DNA of 64,000 nucleotides, taken from NCBI GenBank assembly GCA_045649265.1, contig JAZRPO010000059.1, positions 80 to 64,079 on the forward strand, read 5' to 3'. Source of the DNA: Eubacteriales bacterium. Its GTDB lineage: Bacteria > Bacillota > Clostridia > Oscillospirales > JAAYXM01. The notes under the pieces were generated by a model. The model saw nothing but the letters and a program-made list of their open reading frames with translations, was not told the origin of the DNA and did no database searches. The translations under genes were made by a program, and so were the position numbers. The first letter of the stretch is position 1. Each line of letters starts with the position of its first letter. Positions 51,314 through 60,759 of this stretch are shown here, piece after piece.

Positions 51314-52573
51314 CTATTTTTTAAGGGCTTTTTTGGCTTTTCTCATAGCTATAATACGATTCATTTCGTTATGAACTATCATATAACCTTCGTCAACGCC
51401 CATACCCGGTTTTGCAAGAATCTGGACAGGATTTGTAGCCATAGCACAATGAACGCATACCTGAGCACTTCGATCTGTTTCGTTACATGTACCACCTTGA
51501 TAAGCACCGATTCCCTTGTCTCTGCAGTATAAAACCGCTTCAATAGTGTTATTGATGCCGCCGAGGTCAGGAGTCTTTATTTGTACCATATGACCTGCCT
51601 TATTATCAGCAAAAAGCTTGATATCTTCAAGTGTGTTGCACCATTCATCTGCAACAAGTTCCACATCACAGCCGCGATTATCTAACTCTTTTGTTAATGC
51701 AGCAAGTGCTATAAGCTGTGTTTCACGATCACAGTCACAATCCATAGGACCCTCAATACGTAATTTAAAGGGTTTTGCAATTTCCCCAAGTCCCTCTATG
51801 TAATCTGCCATATCCTTATAGTTATTATTTCCAAAAGCTGCACCGATAGTACCGTATACATCTATGTGCATAATTGGAGAATAACTTTCATCAGTACGGA
51901 ATTCTAAAATGCGGTTACGCAACCATTCGACATATTCAGCCAGTTTTTCACCTTTTCTGCCAAGCTTTGTATCAACATTATTAATAAGAGCGTGCGGAAG
52001 AACCTGTGCACCCTTCATAATCATTTTATCAGCATTGTCATAACGGTCGTCACCGGACTGAGTAAAAATGGGGATAGGAGCTTCAGATACTGTGCAGCCA
52101 TATTCATCAGCTACAACCTCACACATCATTCTGCCGGTTGCTTTTGCAACAGCATCTAAAATTGCCTGAGATACACCGTAACGGATAGCTGTATGGAGAC
52201 GCTTGCCATCAACCTGAATAGCTTCCATCATTGCACAAAGCCCGCGGAAATCGTCAGCCTCTTTGCCAACAAGTTCAGGCTTTATAAACTTGTCAATAAC
52301 AGGGATGAAATCTTCCGCTAAAAACAGCGGGTCGCGACCGCCGGCACCCGAATACTGAACAGCAGCACAGTCACCATGCGCAACCTGTCCGTCTTCCAAT
52401 AGAATCATTACCGAGATACATTCACCTGCCTGTCGAACAGCTCGAAAGCCCTCGGTTACGGGGTTACCTGTATAAAACACACCGTTATGACCCGCGCCCT
52501 GTTTAATAGCGCGCTGATCGTCAAAGTAAAAGCCTGTACGACCCGGTGAACAAATGATATCTATAATTTTCAT
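51314..52573 (-). CDS. mal: Methylaspartate ammonia-lyase (beta-methylaspartase)
   Basis: 419 aa of the enolase-superfamily MAL type (MKIIDIICSPGRTGFYFDDQRAIK, QIKTPDLGG, YQGGTCNETD). SD GGAGAA upstream. Confidence 0.93.
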   Translation of the reverse strand: MKIIDIICSPGRTGFYFDDQRAIKQGAGHNGVFYTGNPVTEGFRAVRQAGECISVMILLEDGQVAHGDCAAVQYSGAGGRDPLFLAEDFIPVIDKFIKPELVGKEADDFRGLCAMMEAIQVDGKRLHTAIRYGVSQAILDAVAKATGRMMCEVVADEYGCTVSEAPIPIFTQSGDDRYDNADKMIMKGAQVLPHALINNVDTKLGRKGEKLAEYVEWLRNRILEFRTDESYSPIMHIDVYGTIGAAFGNNNYKDMADYIEGLGEIAKPFKLRIEGPMDCDCDRETQLIALAALTKELDNRGCDVELVADEWCNTLEDIKLFADNKAGHMVQIKTPDLGGINNTIEAVLYCRDKGIGAYQGGTCNETDRSAQVCVHCAMATNPVQILAKPGMGVDEGYMIVHNEMNRIIAMRKAKKALKK

Positions 52574-52591
52574 AATTGCATTTTCTCCTTA

Positions 52592-54043
52592 TTAATATTT
52601 TGGGCGCCCAACCAATCGTCCCTTTCCAATGGCGTAAACATCATCAATTACCATCTGGAAGGAAGCCTTGCGATTTTCAGCAGTGGCTCGTTCTTCAATC
52701 TTTTCTTTATGGAAATCAATAAGCTCCTTGCTAAACGGAAGGTTACCTGTATTTAAAATACGAACTGCACCATTGTTGTCACGACAAGGAAGCATCTTTC
52801 CCGCGTTCACACGACAAGGAGCAAACGGAACATCAAGAACACCTGCTTCAACACTGCGACAAACACCAACTGCTATGTCCCCGTTTCCAAGTTCAAAGCA
52901 TTTGTCAACAATTGCGCGTGTTTCCTGACAAATGATTTCCTTTTCCTGTTCCAAGTCATTGGAATTGAATGTCTGGTCAGCAAGCATATTAACAACCTGC
53001 TTAGTGCAACGCAATCCCTCTGCATTAGCTTCCATGGTAGGGATACCTACAGCTTCGTGAGGTGTTTTGACAATAACCTTTGTCGCTTTTGATAAAGCAG
53101 CGATAAGGCTTCCCGAAGAAATAACACCAAACGCTTTTGCTTCGTCAGCCGGGAAACCTCCCATCCACTGATGAAGAACGGTAGTTACGTCAACATCAGA
53201 ATATCCGTATTTGTTTAAGTATTCATCGGTTAATTCCTGCAATGTACGAATAGCGGCAATATCCTGTACAAGATTACCACACTGACCATAACCAACAGTT
53301 ATGTTTTTTACCCCTTGCTCTGCAGCAAGCAATGCCTCAATAATTGCAGCAGCATGAGAGATACAGGGAGGTACCAAAGTACCGGTCAATGGGCCGTAGG
53401 GTTCACGGTTGATTGAAACCCCCATTTCTTCATACAGACCTGTCAAACGATCAACATACTGCCAGTCACGGATTGTTCGTTCCATAGGAATGTTTTTGCA
53501 ATAAGGCAGGTTGTAAGAAATACCGCCGCCTTCATAGCTTGTAAAACCGCCTGCATATGTAATTTCGGTCAACAATCTTGCATCAGGAGTGCCGTGACGA
53601 ACCTGCATAGGCACATTGACACTTTCAATAACCTGACGGCATTTTGCGACACCATGATTAACTGCGGGAAACCCATTGAGCATTGCTCTTTCTAAGCGCA
53701 AAGATTCTGCTATGCCGTTTTCTGCCTCTTCATAGCGGTTTTGTCTTGTATAACTGTCGATAGTTGAGGGTAACAGGTCTGCTTCTCCGTGTTTTTCCAG
53801 ATACTGCATAAGTTTTATATGCTCTTCTACAACGGGAACACCTGCACGGGGCTGAACCAATGTACGATTGTCACGCTTTGCGGCTAAAAGCTTTTTGGAA
53901 AAGTTGCGTGACTCCGGCATAGCCTTGTGATAGGCAACCGCCTCTTCAATGTCGACATCTTTTCCGGTAGGCCATTGCTGCAAAACTTCCTGTCGCAGAC
54001 TATTAAACTCGGCATCGGAAAGGCGTTTATTTCGAATATCCAT
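52592..54043 (-). CDS. glmE: Glutamate mutase (methylaspartate mutase) epsilon/E subunit
   Basis: Family N-terminus ...[12 protein letters not shown] and TIM-barrel subunit length (about 483 aa). I start it at ATG 54043, with AAGGAG inside glmL 10 nt upstream, rather than at TTG 54052. Confidence 0.94.
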   Translation of the reverse strand: MDIRNKRLSDAEFNSLRQEVLQQWPTGKDVDIEEAVAYHKAMPESRNFSKKLLAAKRDNRTLVQPRAGVPVVEEHIKLMQYLEKHGEADLLPSTIDSYTRQNRYEEAENGIAESLRLERAMLNGFPAVNHGVAKCRQVIESVNVPMQVRHGTPDARLLTEITYAGGFTSYEGGGISYNLPYCKNIPMERTIRDWQYVDRLTGLYEEMGVSINREPYGPLTGTLVPPCISHAAAIIEALLAAEQGVKNITVGYGQCGNLVQDIAAIRTLQELTDEYLNKYGYSDVDVTTVLHQWMGGFPADEAKAFGVISSGSLIAALSKATKVIVKTPHEAVGIPTMEANAEGLRCTKQVVNMLADQTFNSNDLEQEKEIICQETRAIVDKCFELGNGDIAVGVCRSVEAGVLDVPFAPCRVNAGKMLPCRDNNGAVRILNTGNLPFSKELIDFHKEKIEERATAENRKASFQMVIDDVYAIGKGRLVGRPKY

Positions 54044-55418
54044 AATGTTCAAGCTCCTTTTTCATAATTCGCAAGGCAGTTCTGGGATAATATGATGATA
54101 AAAGTCCCATTGCAGCCAAAATATACGTTCTGTCTACCCAAACATCAGCAGTTTTTGGTCTGAGTGATGCGGGATTTGCTGGTGAATAGAGGGCGAAACC
54201 TGCAATCTCTTCTGTCCTCTTTGCGTGGATAAGACTGCCACCCGTCACCACAATTTGTTTTACTTTGGTCAGATTTTTCCCTTCCTGAACAAATGTCTGA
54301 CCCATCATTGTATATGTTTCTAAAATTGTGCCCGCATGACGCTTAACGGCTTCTTCTATGGCACATGACGCCAATGCATAATCCAAAGCTTCCATTTCGC
54401 TGTCGCCATTTGGCACTTTATCGGTATTTTGCTTTAAATCATTTATCAAATCCTGTGCTCTTTCTTCCAAAAGGCCGGAAAGCTCGCATATTCGTTTTAT
54501 TCCTGCAGCATCCACAATACCCTGAATGCTGTATCGCATACCAATATCGCCTTCTACCGTGCGCTTTGCATAAGGCTCAGGCAGGCCTTTGTACACCGTG
54601 TTCATATGCTCCGGCATTCCGTCTGCGATTGAATAAACATCAGTTGTAGCGCCGCCTACATCCACGGCTATCAAATCACCGATTCCAAGTTCATCGTCGT
54701 ACCCCTTTGCAAGAAGCTCCATCGCCTGAAGCACCGCAGAGGGCGTAGGCATCATTATGTCAGATAAATTTTCTGCCGCCTTGCTTAACCCTTTTGCCTG
54801 TATAATACGATTTAAGAATATCTCTCTTATCTGCTTTTGTGTGGGCTCTATCTGCAAAGTTCCGAATTTAGGCATTACATTGGGACAAACATAAACCTCA
54901 CAGTCCTTTAAAATTTCCTGACACTCTTTTGCTGCTGTGCGGTTGCCTGCAATTATAACAGGAAAATCCGGTTTCATACCTGCCAGCATTTTCGCATTAT
55001 GCAGAATACATTCCTTATTTCCGCCATCAGTTCCGCCTACCAGAAGGAAAATATCCGGATTGGTTTTTCTGATTTCTTCGATATCTTCCTCAGTCAACTC
55101 AAAGGAATATATTCCTACTACTTTTGCTCCCGCTCCAAGACTCGCAAGCCTTGCTGCCTCTCCGGTAAGCTCAGGCACAAGACCGTTCGTGACCATCCGA
55201 AGCCCTCCTGCAGCTGAGGAGCAGGCGTAGCAAGCATCGTAAGAAATTTTACCTGTTTTCTCTTCTAAGATTTTAAGGCCTTGATTAAGCCCGTCATTTA
55301 TATCAGTCTGGACGGTGGTATATGATGCGGCTGTGCCAAGAATCTCTTCCTTATCAACATCTACCGCGGTAAGCTTTGTATATGTACTGCCGAAATCAAT
55401 CAGCAAGACATTTTTCAT
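54027..55418 (-). CDS. glmL: Glutamate mutase accessory protein GlmL/MutL (ASKHA-fold, putative reactivase/chaperone)
   Basis: 463 aa with an N-terminal [16 protein letters not shown] phosphate-1-like motif and [11 protein letters not shown]. Lies between the S and E subunit genes, as in clostridial glutamate mutase operons. Confidence 0.85.
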   Translation of the reverse strand: MKNVLLIDFGSTYTKLTAVDVDKEEILGTAASYTTVQTDINDGLNQGLKILEEKTGKISYDACYACSSAAGGLRMVTNGLVPELTGEAARLASLGAGAKVVGIYSFELTEEDIEEIRKTNPDIFLLVGGTDGGNKECILHNAKMLAGMKPDFPVIIAGNRTAAKECQEILKDCEVYVCPNVMPKFGTLQIEPTQKQIREIFLNRIIQAKGLSKAAENLSDIMMPTPSAVLQAMELLAKGYDDELGIGDLIAVDVGGATTDVYSIADGMPEHMNTVYKGLPEPYAKRTVEGDIGMRYSIQGIVDAAGIKRICELSGLLEERAQDLINDLKQNTDKVPNGDSEMEALDYALASCAIEEAVKRHAGTILETYTMMGQTFVQEGKNLTKVKQIVVTGGSLIHAKRTEEIAGFALYSPANPASLRPKTADVWVDRTYILAAMGLLSSYYPRTALRIMKKELEHYGYSK

Positions 55419-55849
55419 TAATTGTCACCATCCATATTAAGTAGCTCATGAAGAGCCTCAATAGTAGTTTCCGGTGAAGTTCCGGGAGGGAATGCACGGT
55501 CAAAACCCATAGCTTTAAAGCGCTTTTCTACATCCTCGAACTTCTGCTTGCCAATAACAATGTTACCCCCTACTAAAAGTGGGATTCCCTTAAGCCCTGC
55601 CTCATCACACTTTTCACGCATGCCACGGCAGTCAAGCTCTCCCTGTCCATAAAGGGATGAAATGACAATGGCATCCGCACCACATTCGATAGCTGCGGCA
55701 ATATATTCTTCCTGGGATACCATAACACCGAGATTTACCACTTCAAACCCCGCTTCTGTAAAAGCGTGGTATAAAATCTTATTACCAACAGCATGAACAT
55801 CGGCACCGATAACACCAATGACTAAGACTTTCTTTTCACAATTCTCCAT
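55418..55849 (-). CDS. glmS: Glutamate mutase sigma/S subunit (cobalamin-binding)
   Basis: 143 aa with the B12-binding DxHxxG motif ([10 protein letters not shown]) in a Rossmann-like fold. SD GAGGT upstream. Confidence 0.93.
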   Translation of the reverse strand: MENCEKKVLVIGVIGADVHAVGNKILYHAFTEAGFEVVNLGVMVSQEEYIAAAIECGADAIVISSLYGQGELDCRGMREKCDEAGLKGIPLLVGGNIVIGKQKFEDVEKRFKAMGFDRAFPPGTSPETTIEALHELLNMDGDN

Positions 55850-55891
55850 AACAGTACCTCATTATAGTATTTCATAGATAAACCATGATTG

Positions 55892-55907
55892 TTCTATACC
55901 TATAGAA
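55892..55907. promoter_or_regulatory. Perfect inverted repeat, candidate operator at the glutamate mutase promoter
   Basis: TTCTATA-CC-TATAGAA (7-bp arms, 2-nt spacer). It overlaps the putative -10 and transcription start region of the minus-strand glmS promoter. Confidence 0.45.
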
Positions 55908-55932
55908 TATAATGTTGTATATCATTTGTCAA
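55904..55932 (-). promoter_or_regulatory. Candidate sigma-A promoter of glmS-glmL-glmE-mal
   Basis: On the minus strand, TTGACA (55932-55927), a 17-nt spacer, then TATTCT (55909-55904). An alternative reading is TATATT with a 15-nt spacer. Confidence 0.5.
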
Positions 55933-55962
55933 GACAAAAATGTTGTTTTTTCTTTTTTATAT

Positions 55963-56949
55963 TTATATGCTTTTTTCGTCACGTATTTTTTTAATTTTTG
56001 TTTCAAGGTACAAAAGAGATCCCTCATCCATTTCGTAATTGCAATCAATTACATCGCCTTTAAACTTCGCTATAGCTTTAACGCTATCGGCATCAAAGTA
56101 TTTTTCGTAGTTTTTAGGAACAAGAATTGCATTCTTTCCCTTAAGATATTTCCCCAAATCTGCACTATCATCTAAAATCAACGGTTTGCTTAGAAGAACG
56201 TCTTCTGCATACATTTCGCAAGTGTTATATAAAAGCTCCGCAAAGCGCATACTGTACCCAACAATACCAATTTTTTCATCGGGACGAAGCTTAATAATAT
56301 GCGACAAACAACGCGCAGAAGGTCTCAGAGCAACGCGTGCTATTCTTTTTTTGTCGGGAACAACTCTTTCCAGATGCAGAGAGTGCAGAGAGGTTGTAAC
56401 AATGAGATCAAAATCATCGTTCAATTTATATGGATACTGCTTTACACTATCAAAAGTATAAGAATATAAATCAACCTCATCAATATATCTGAGCTGTTCT
56501 GACATCTGTGACAAATTTTCAGGATTACATTCTACCACAGCAACCTTTACATGTGCTTCTTCCTGAGAGCGTTCACGAAGTTTCAGGTTCAAAAATATGT
56601 TTATCTCAGAAGGCGATAGTCCCATTGTGTCCAACCTGTTAAGCAGCTCATCAATAGCAGCCATAGCCTGTTCTTTTCTGCTTCCTGAATTTGCAGGCTG
56701 ATATTTTACAAATGTACCTCTTCCCTGCACCTTTTCGACAAGCCCAATCCGCTCCAGTTCATCATATGCCCGTTTTACAGTCCCTCTTGCAACTCCAACC
56801 TCGTCAATCATTTTTTGAACAGTCGGAAGCTGTTGTCCCGATGTGAGCGTACCATTTTTTATCGCAACACAAATTGCATCCACAAGTTGTTGATATATCG
56901 GAATATCAAGCTCAGTATTAACTTTGTAAATTGATTCCACAATTTTCAC
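55963..56949 (-). CDS. GntR-family transcriptional regulator with a roughly 250 aa C-terminal effector-type domain
   Basis: N-terminal wHTH (IYQQLVDAICVAIKNGTLTSGQQLPTVQKMIDEVGVARGTVKRAYDELERIGLVEKVQGRGTFV). The start is GTG 56949 or GTG 56940 (GGGGTGA 5 nt upstream). Confidence 0.8.
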   Translation of the reverse strand: MKIVESIYKVNTELDIPIYQQLVDAICVAIKNGTLTSGQQLPTVQKMIDEVGVARGTVKRAYDELERIGLVEKVQGRGTFVKYQPANSGSRKEQAMAAIDELLNRLDTMGLSPSEINIFLNLKLRERSQEEAHVKVAVVECNPENLSQMSEQLRYIDEVDLYSYTFDSVKQYPYKLNDDFDLIVTTSLHSLHLERVVPDKKRIARVALRPSARCLSHIIKLRPDEKIGIVGYSMRFAELLYNTCEMYAEDVLLSKPLILDDSADLGKYLKGKNAILVPKNYEKYFDADSVKAIAKFKGDVIDCNYEMDEGSLLYLETKIKKIRDEKSI

Positions 56950-57008
56950 CCCTATACCTGTTTATTACAATTATGCCTTGCTCCACAAATTCACTAAGTT
57001 GCTTTGAT

Positions 57009-57049
57009 AGAATTTAAGGCGCGCTTTATATAAGCGTGCCTTAAATTCT
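57009..57049 (-). terminator. Stem-loop / probable terminator between the hydratase genes and the regulator gene
   Basis: AGAATTTAAGGCGCGCT-TTATATA-AGCGTGCCTTAAATTCT forms a 17-bp stem with one mismatch. It has a GC-rich core flanked by A-rich and U-rich arms. Confidence 0.55.
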
Positions 57050-57057
57050 ACTTATTA

Positions 57058-57615
57058 TTATCTTTTTTCAGCAAGATAATTTTTCCTTCCGATTTCATAG
57101 AGATTGTTGCCTTCGCTGTCAATTATTACAACAACAGGAAAATCCTCTACCTCAAGTCTGCGGATAGCCTCGGCGCCAAGGTCCTCATATGCAACAACCT
57201 CAGCTTTTTTAATGCATTTGCTCAAAAGAGCTCCGCAACCGCCGATGGCACCGAAATATATCGCACCATGCTCTTTCATGGCATCAACAACTTCAGGGGA
57301 TCTCTTGCCCTTGCCAATCATGCCGGTAAGTCCCTGTTCAATCATGATAGGACTGTATGCATCCATACGATATGAAGTTGTAGGCCCTGCAGAGCCTATA
57401 GCTTGCCCCGGTTTCGCCGGTGTAGGACCCACAAAATAAATTATGCTGTCTTTAACATCAAAAGGCAATTCTTTACCCTGTGCAACAAGTTCGCACAGAC
57501 GCTTATGAGCAGCATCTCTTGCGGTATAGATTACACCTGATATCAAACAACTGTCCCCTGCTTTTAATTTTTTTACATCTTCACGCGTCAATGGCGTCTT
57601 AACAGAAATAGCCAT
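57058..57615 (-). CDS. Fe-S hydro-lyase beta subunit (class I fumarase/tartrate dehydratase type), mesaconase candidate
   Basis: 185 aa of the FumA-C/TtdB family (ISGVIYTARDAAHKRL, GPTTSYRMD, GKGKRS). The start abuts the alpha subunit stop. Confidence 0.85.
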   Translation of the reverse strand: MAISVKTPLTREDVKKLKAGDSCLISGVIYTARDAAHKRLCELVAQGKELPFDVKDSIIYFVGPTPAKPGQAIGSAGPTTSYRMDAYSPIMIEQGLTGMIGKGKRSPEVVDAMKEHGAIYFGAIGGCGALLSKCIKKAEVVAYEDLGAEAIRRLEVEDFPVVVIIDSEGNNLYEIGRKNYLAEKR

Positions 57616-58455
57616 TTATATCACCTCCGTCTGATGTCTTGTAACATGACAATTTATGTTAACAGCAACAGGTAATCCGGCAATATGAGTCGGATACTGT
57701 TCAATATTTACAGCAAGCGCTGTAGTTCTGCCGCCAAATCCCTGCGGCCCGATACCAAGGTTGTTTATTTCGTCAAGCAAATCTTTCTCAAGGTCGGCAT
57801 AAAAAGCATTGCTGTTGGGGACATCTACCGGGCGAAGAAGAGCCTTTTTAGCAAGATACGCAGCCTTGTCAAAAGTGCCGCCTATGCCTACACCTACAAC
57901 AATAGGGGGGCAAGGGTTAGGTCCGGCTTCTTCGACAGCTTTTATTACAAAATCCTTTACGCCCTGCAATCCGTCAGAGGGGCGAAGCATTGCGATTCTG
58001 CTCATGTTCTCGCTGCCAAATCCCTTGGGAGCAACTGTGATTTCAATTTTATCCCCCGGAACGATGTCAAAGTAAAGCATTGCGGGCGTATTGTCGCCTG
58101 TGTTTACTCTGTCAAGCGGGTCGCGGACAACACTCTTTCTGAGATATCCTTCGCCATATCCCTGGCGAACACCCTCGTTTACAGCCTCGGTAATGTCGCC
58201 GTTTACATGAACATCCTGTCCGATTTTTAAAAACACGCAAGCAACACCTGTATCCTGACAAACAGGCTGATTTTTTTCATCCGCAATCTGATAGTTTTCG
58301 ATAATGCGTTCTAATATTTCTTTTGCCTGATCCCAGGTTTCATTCTCATGGAAGGTTGAAATACATTCCTTCACATCTCTGCTTAAATGGCAGTTTGACT
58401 CAATGCACAATTTTTTCACCGCTTCGGTGATAAGCTTTGCATTAATTTCACGCAT
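57616..58455 (-). CDS. Fe-S hydro-lyase alpha subunit (class I fumarase type), mesaconase candidate
   Basis: 279 aa of the FumA-N/TtdA family (PVCQDTGVACVFLKIG, NTGDNTP, PCPPIVVGVGIGGT). Confidence 0.85.
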   Translation of the reverse strand: MREINAKLITEAVKKLCIESNCHLSRDVKECISTFHENETWDQAKEILERIIENYQIADEKNQPVCQDTGVACVFLKIGQDVHVNGDITEAVNEGVRQGYGEGYLRKSVVRDPLDRVNTGDNTPAMLYFDIVPGDKIEITVAPKGFGSENMSRIAMLRPSDGLQGVKDFVIKAVEEAGPNPCPPIVVGVGIGGTFDKAAYLAKKALLRPVDVPNSNAFYADLEKDLLDEINNLGIGPQGFGGRTTALAVNIEQYPTHIAGLPVAVNINCHVTRHQTEVI

Positions 58456-58469
58456 AAATTTTCCTCCTA

Positions 58470-59882
58470 TTAATTGTGTTGTGGTACATTGTAAATGTTA
58501 TCCAGGACATCACCCTCGCGCCCGATAACCTGAGCAACCACCCTGTCGCCCTTTGGAAGCTTTTCAGGCTTGCCGGTAACGCGTTCGGTTTTTTCTTTAA
58601 GCTCTTTTATATCTATAACAGGTAGCCCTGCATTTACCAAACTTTTTTTAAGCTCTGTATTTTTGGGATTTACCGCAATCCCGCCCTGCGTAACTAAAAC
58701 ATCTATGTCCTTGCCCGGCGTGGAAATGCAGGTAACCCGATCAGTGACAATCGGAAGTCTCGCTCTGAACATGGGCGCAATAATCATGGAAAGCTTTGCA
58801 CCTGCTGCCGCGTCACTGTGTCCGCCCGAGCCACCCATAATATAGCCGTTGGAGTCAGTATGTACATTAACATTAAAATCTGTATCGATTTCCGTTGCGC
58901 CCAGAATAACAACATCAAGGCTGTCGACAACTGCACTTCGGCTGCTTGGAGAAGCGTACTGCATAGCAGAAATTTCCTGATGCCTCGGGTCGCTTTTAAT
59001 AGACTCTACTGCCGTTAAATCAAAGCACTGAACATCCATAAGACTCCGGAAACATCCGGCCTTGAGCATATCTACCATATAACCGGTGATACCCCCCAAT
59101 CCGAAACTTCCTTTAATTTCTTTCTTAAGCATTATATCCTTCAAGAATTTTGCCGCAGCAAGAGACGCTCCGCCCGCTCCGGTCTGGAACGAAAACCCAT
59201 CTTTTAAAAGCCCCGAAGCCTCTATAACCTTAGCGGCATGGGACGCCATAACAAGCCCAACGGGGTCACGAGTAATCTGGGTTGTTCCCGAAACAATACC
59301 TTTGGGGTTTCCGATAGCATCTACCAATACTACATAATCAATATAATCCTCAGAAATTGACCAATCCTGCAACGGATAAGATACCAGATTATCTGTAATG
59401 ACCACTACTTTTTTTGCATACATTGCATCTGCATAAGCATATCCAAGGCTGCCACAGGCAGACTTTCCGTATTTACCGGAGCAGTTGCCCATAGGGTCCG
59501 CGCAGGGCGCTGCAATAAATGCCACATCAATAGGAGTTCTGCCTAAAGCAATATCGCTCGCACGACCGCCGTGGGTGCGGAACTGTACCGGTTTTTCCAA
59601 AACACCTTCCGAAAAAGCGCGACCCGGGCCTTGAGCAATATAGTCCGCTGCAACACCTGTAACTACTTTGTTTTCAATATGTGTAAGCAAGGGTTTGTGT
59701 ATATCAAACAGAGAGCTTGCATTAACTGTAACATCTTTTATGCCAAGATTTGCAATTTCATCCATTACCATATTGAGCACGTAATCGCCATTACGGAGAT
59801 GATGGTGAAACGAAACTGTCATACCGTCTTTCAGCTCTGATAAGACAATCGCCTCGCGAATGGATTTTACCAGCTTATTCAT
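58470..59882 (-). CDS. citF: Citrate-lyase alpha-subunit homolog (acyl-ACP:substrate CoA-transferase), citramalate lyase candidate
   Basis: CitF family over its full length (SFHHHLRNGD, GGITGY, GGSGGHSD). I start it at ATG 59882 (MNKLVKSIREAI), with GGGGGG 6 nt upstream. Overlaps the citE-like stop by 8 nt. Confidence 0.9.
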   Translation of the reverse strand: MNKLVKSIREAIVLSELKDGMTVSFHHHLRNGDYVLNMVMDEIANLGIKDVTVNASSLFDIHKPLLTHIENKVVTGVAADYIAQGPGRAFSEGVLEKPVQFRTHGGRASDIALGRTPIDVAFIAAPCADPMGNCSGKYGKSACGSLGYAYADAMYAKKVVVITDNLVSYPLQDWSISEDYIDYVVLVDAIGNPKGIVSGTTQITRDPVGLVMASHAAKVIEASGLLKDGFSFQTGAGGASLAAAKFLKDIMLKKEIKGSFGLGGITGYMVDMLKAGCFRSLMDVQCFDLTAVESIKSDPRHQEISAMQYASPSSRSAVVDSLDVVILGATEIDTDFNVNVHTDSNGYIMGGSGGHSDAAAGAKLSMIIAPMFRARLPIVTDRVTCISTPGKDIDVLVTQGGIAVNPKNTELKKSLVNAGLPVIDIKELKEKTERVTGKPEKLPKGDRVVAQVIGREGDVLDNIYNVPQHN

Positions 59883-60759
59883 TTCCATCCCCCCTGTCGA
59901 TTCCCAATGCTTCTGCCATAGAAATAGTTCTCTCCGCCCTTGCAACAATGGGAGCATCAATCATTTTTCCGTGCAGAGCAATGGCACCTTTACCCTGCTC
60001 TTTGGCAAGACGTATAGCGTCCATGACCTCGTATGCATAATCTATATCTGCCCTTGTGGGACTGAACACTTCATTAATTACATCCACATGGCGCGGTGAA
60101 ATGGATGCTTTTCCGGTAAATCCCAGGCTTTTCGCAAGAGTAGCATCAGCCACAATGCCTTCGTCATCATTTACATCGGTAAATGGTGTATCATAAACGT
60201 CAATACCGGCAGCACGCGCAGCTACAACAAGTCGGGTTCTGGCATATTCGATTTCCCTTCCCTCTTTGGTGCGCTTACACTGAAGGTCAGCGGTTAAATC
60301 CTCTGCACCTAAAAACAGTGCCGCGACACGTTTTGAACAAGAAGCGATTGCATAAGCATTTTCAACACCCAAAGCAGTCTCGATAAGAGGCATCAGCCCC
60401 ACCGCACCCCGACTCAGGCCCAGCTTATTTTCAACCTCGGTAATATACTCATCTGCAACAAGTGCATCCTTTGGAACACCTGTTTTAGGAAGCAAAATAA
60501 GGTCAGGTTTTTCAGGAAGAATCGCATCAATATCTGCTTTCCAGTAATCAGTATCAACAGAATTAATACGGACAATAACCTCACAGCCTTTTAAATCCAT
60601 ATAACGCATGGTATTACGCACCAGAATTCTGGCTGCGTCCTTTTCTGCAGGAGATACCGCATCCTCTAAATCAAAGATTACTGCGTCAGCTCCAAGACAA
60701 TTTGCATTTATAAGCATATTAGGATTATTGCCCGGCAAAAACAACATACTGCGGCGCAT
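59875..60759 (-). CDS. citE: Citrate-lyase beta-subunit homolog (citryl-/citramalyl-ACP lyase, HpcH/HpaI fold)
   Basis: RRSMLFLPGNNP, DAVIFDLEDAV and FLGAEDLTADL motifs. The ATGA start overlaps the citD-like stop. Confidence 0.92.
   Translation of the reverse strand: MRRSMLFLPGNNPNMLINANCLGADAVIFDLEDAVSPAEKDAARILVRNTMRYMDLKGCEVIVRINSVDTDYWKADIDAILPEKPDLILLPKTGVPKDALVADEYITEVENKLGLSRGAVGLMPLIETALGVENAYAIASCSKRVAALFLGAEDLTADLQCKRTKEGREIEYARTRLVVAARAAGIDVYDTPFTDVNDDEGIVADATLAKSLGFTGKASISPRHVDVINEVFSPTRADIDYAYEVMDAIRLAKEQGKGAIALHGKMIDAPIVARAERTISMAEALGIDRGDGNE

Noticed and set aside
51311-51532. A 73-aa plus-strand ORF downstream of the orphan promoter
   Set aside because: It is entirely antisense to the conserved C-terminus of methylaspartate ammonia-lyase, lies beyond the terminator hairpin, and has no SD. 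I treat it as a shadow ORF, though antisense transcription remains possible.
55850-55962. A cobalamin riboswitch upstream of the B12-dependent glutamate mutase operon
   Set aside because: The leader is only about 50 nt and lacks any B12-box-like sequence, so it is too short for a riboswitch.
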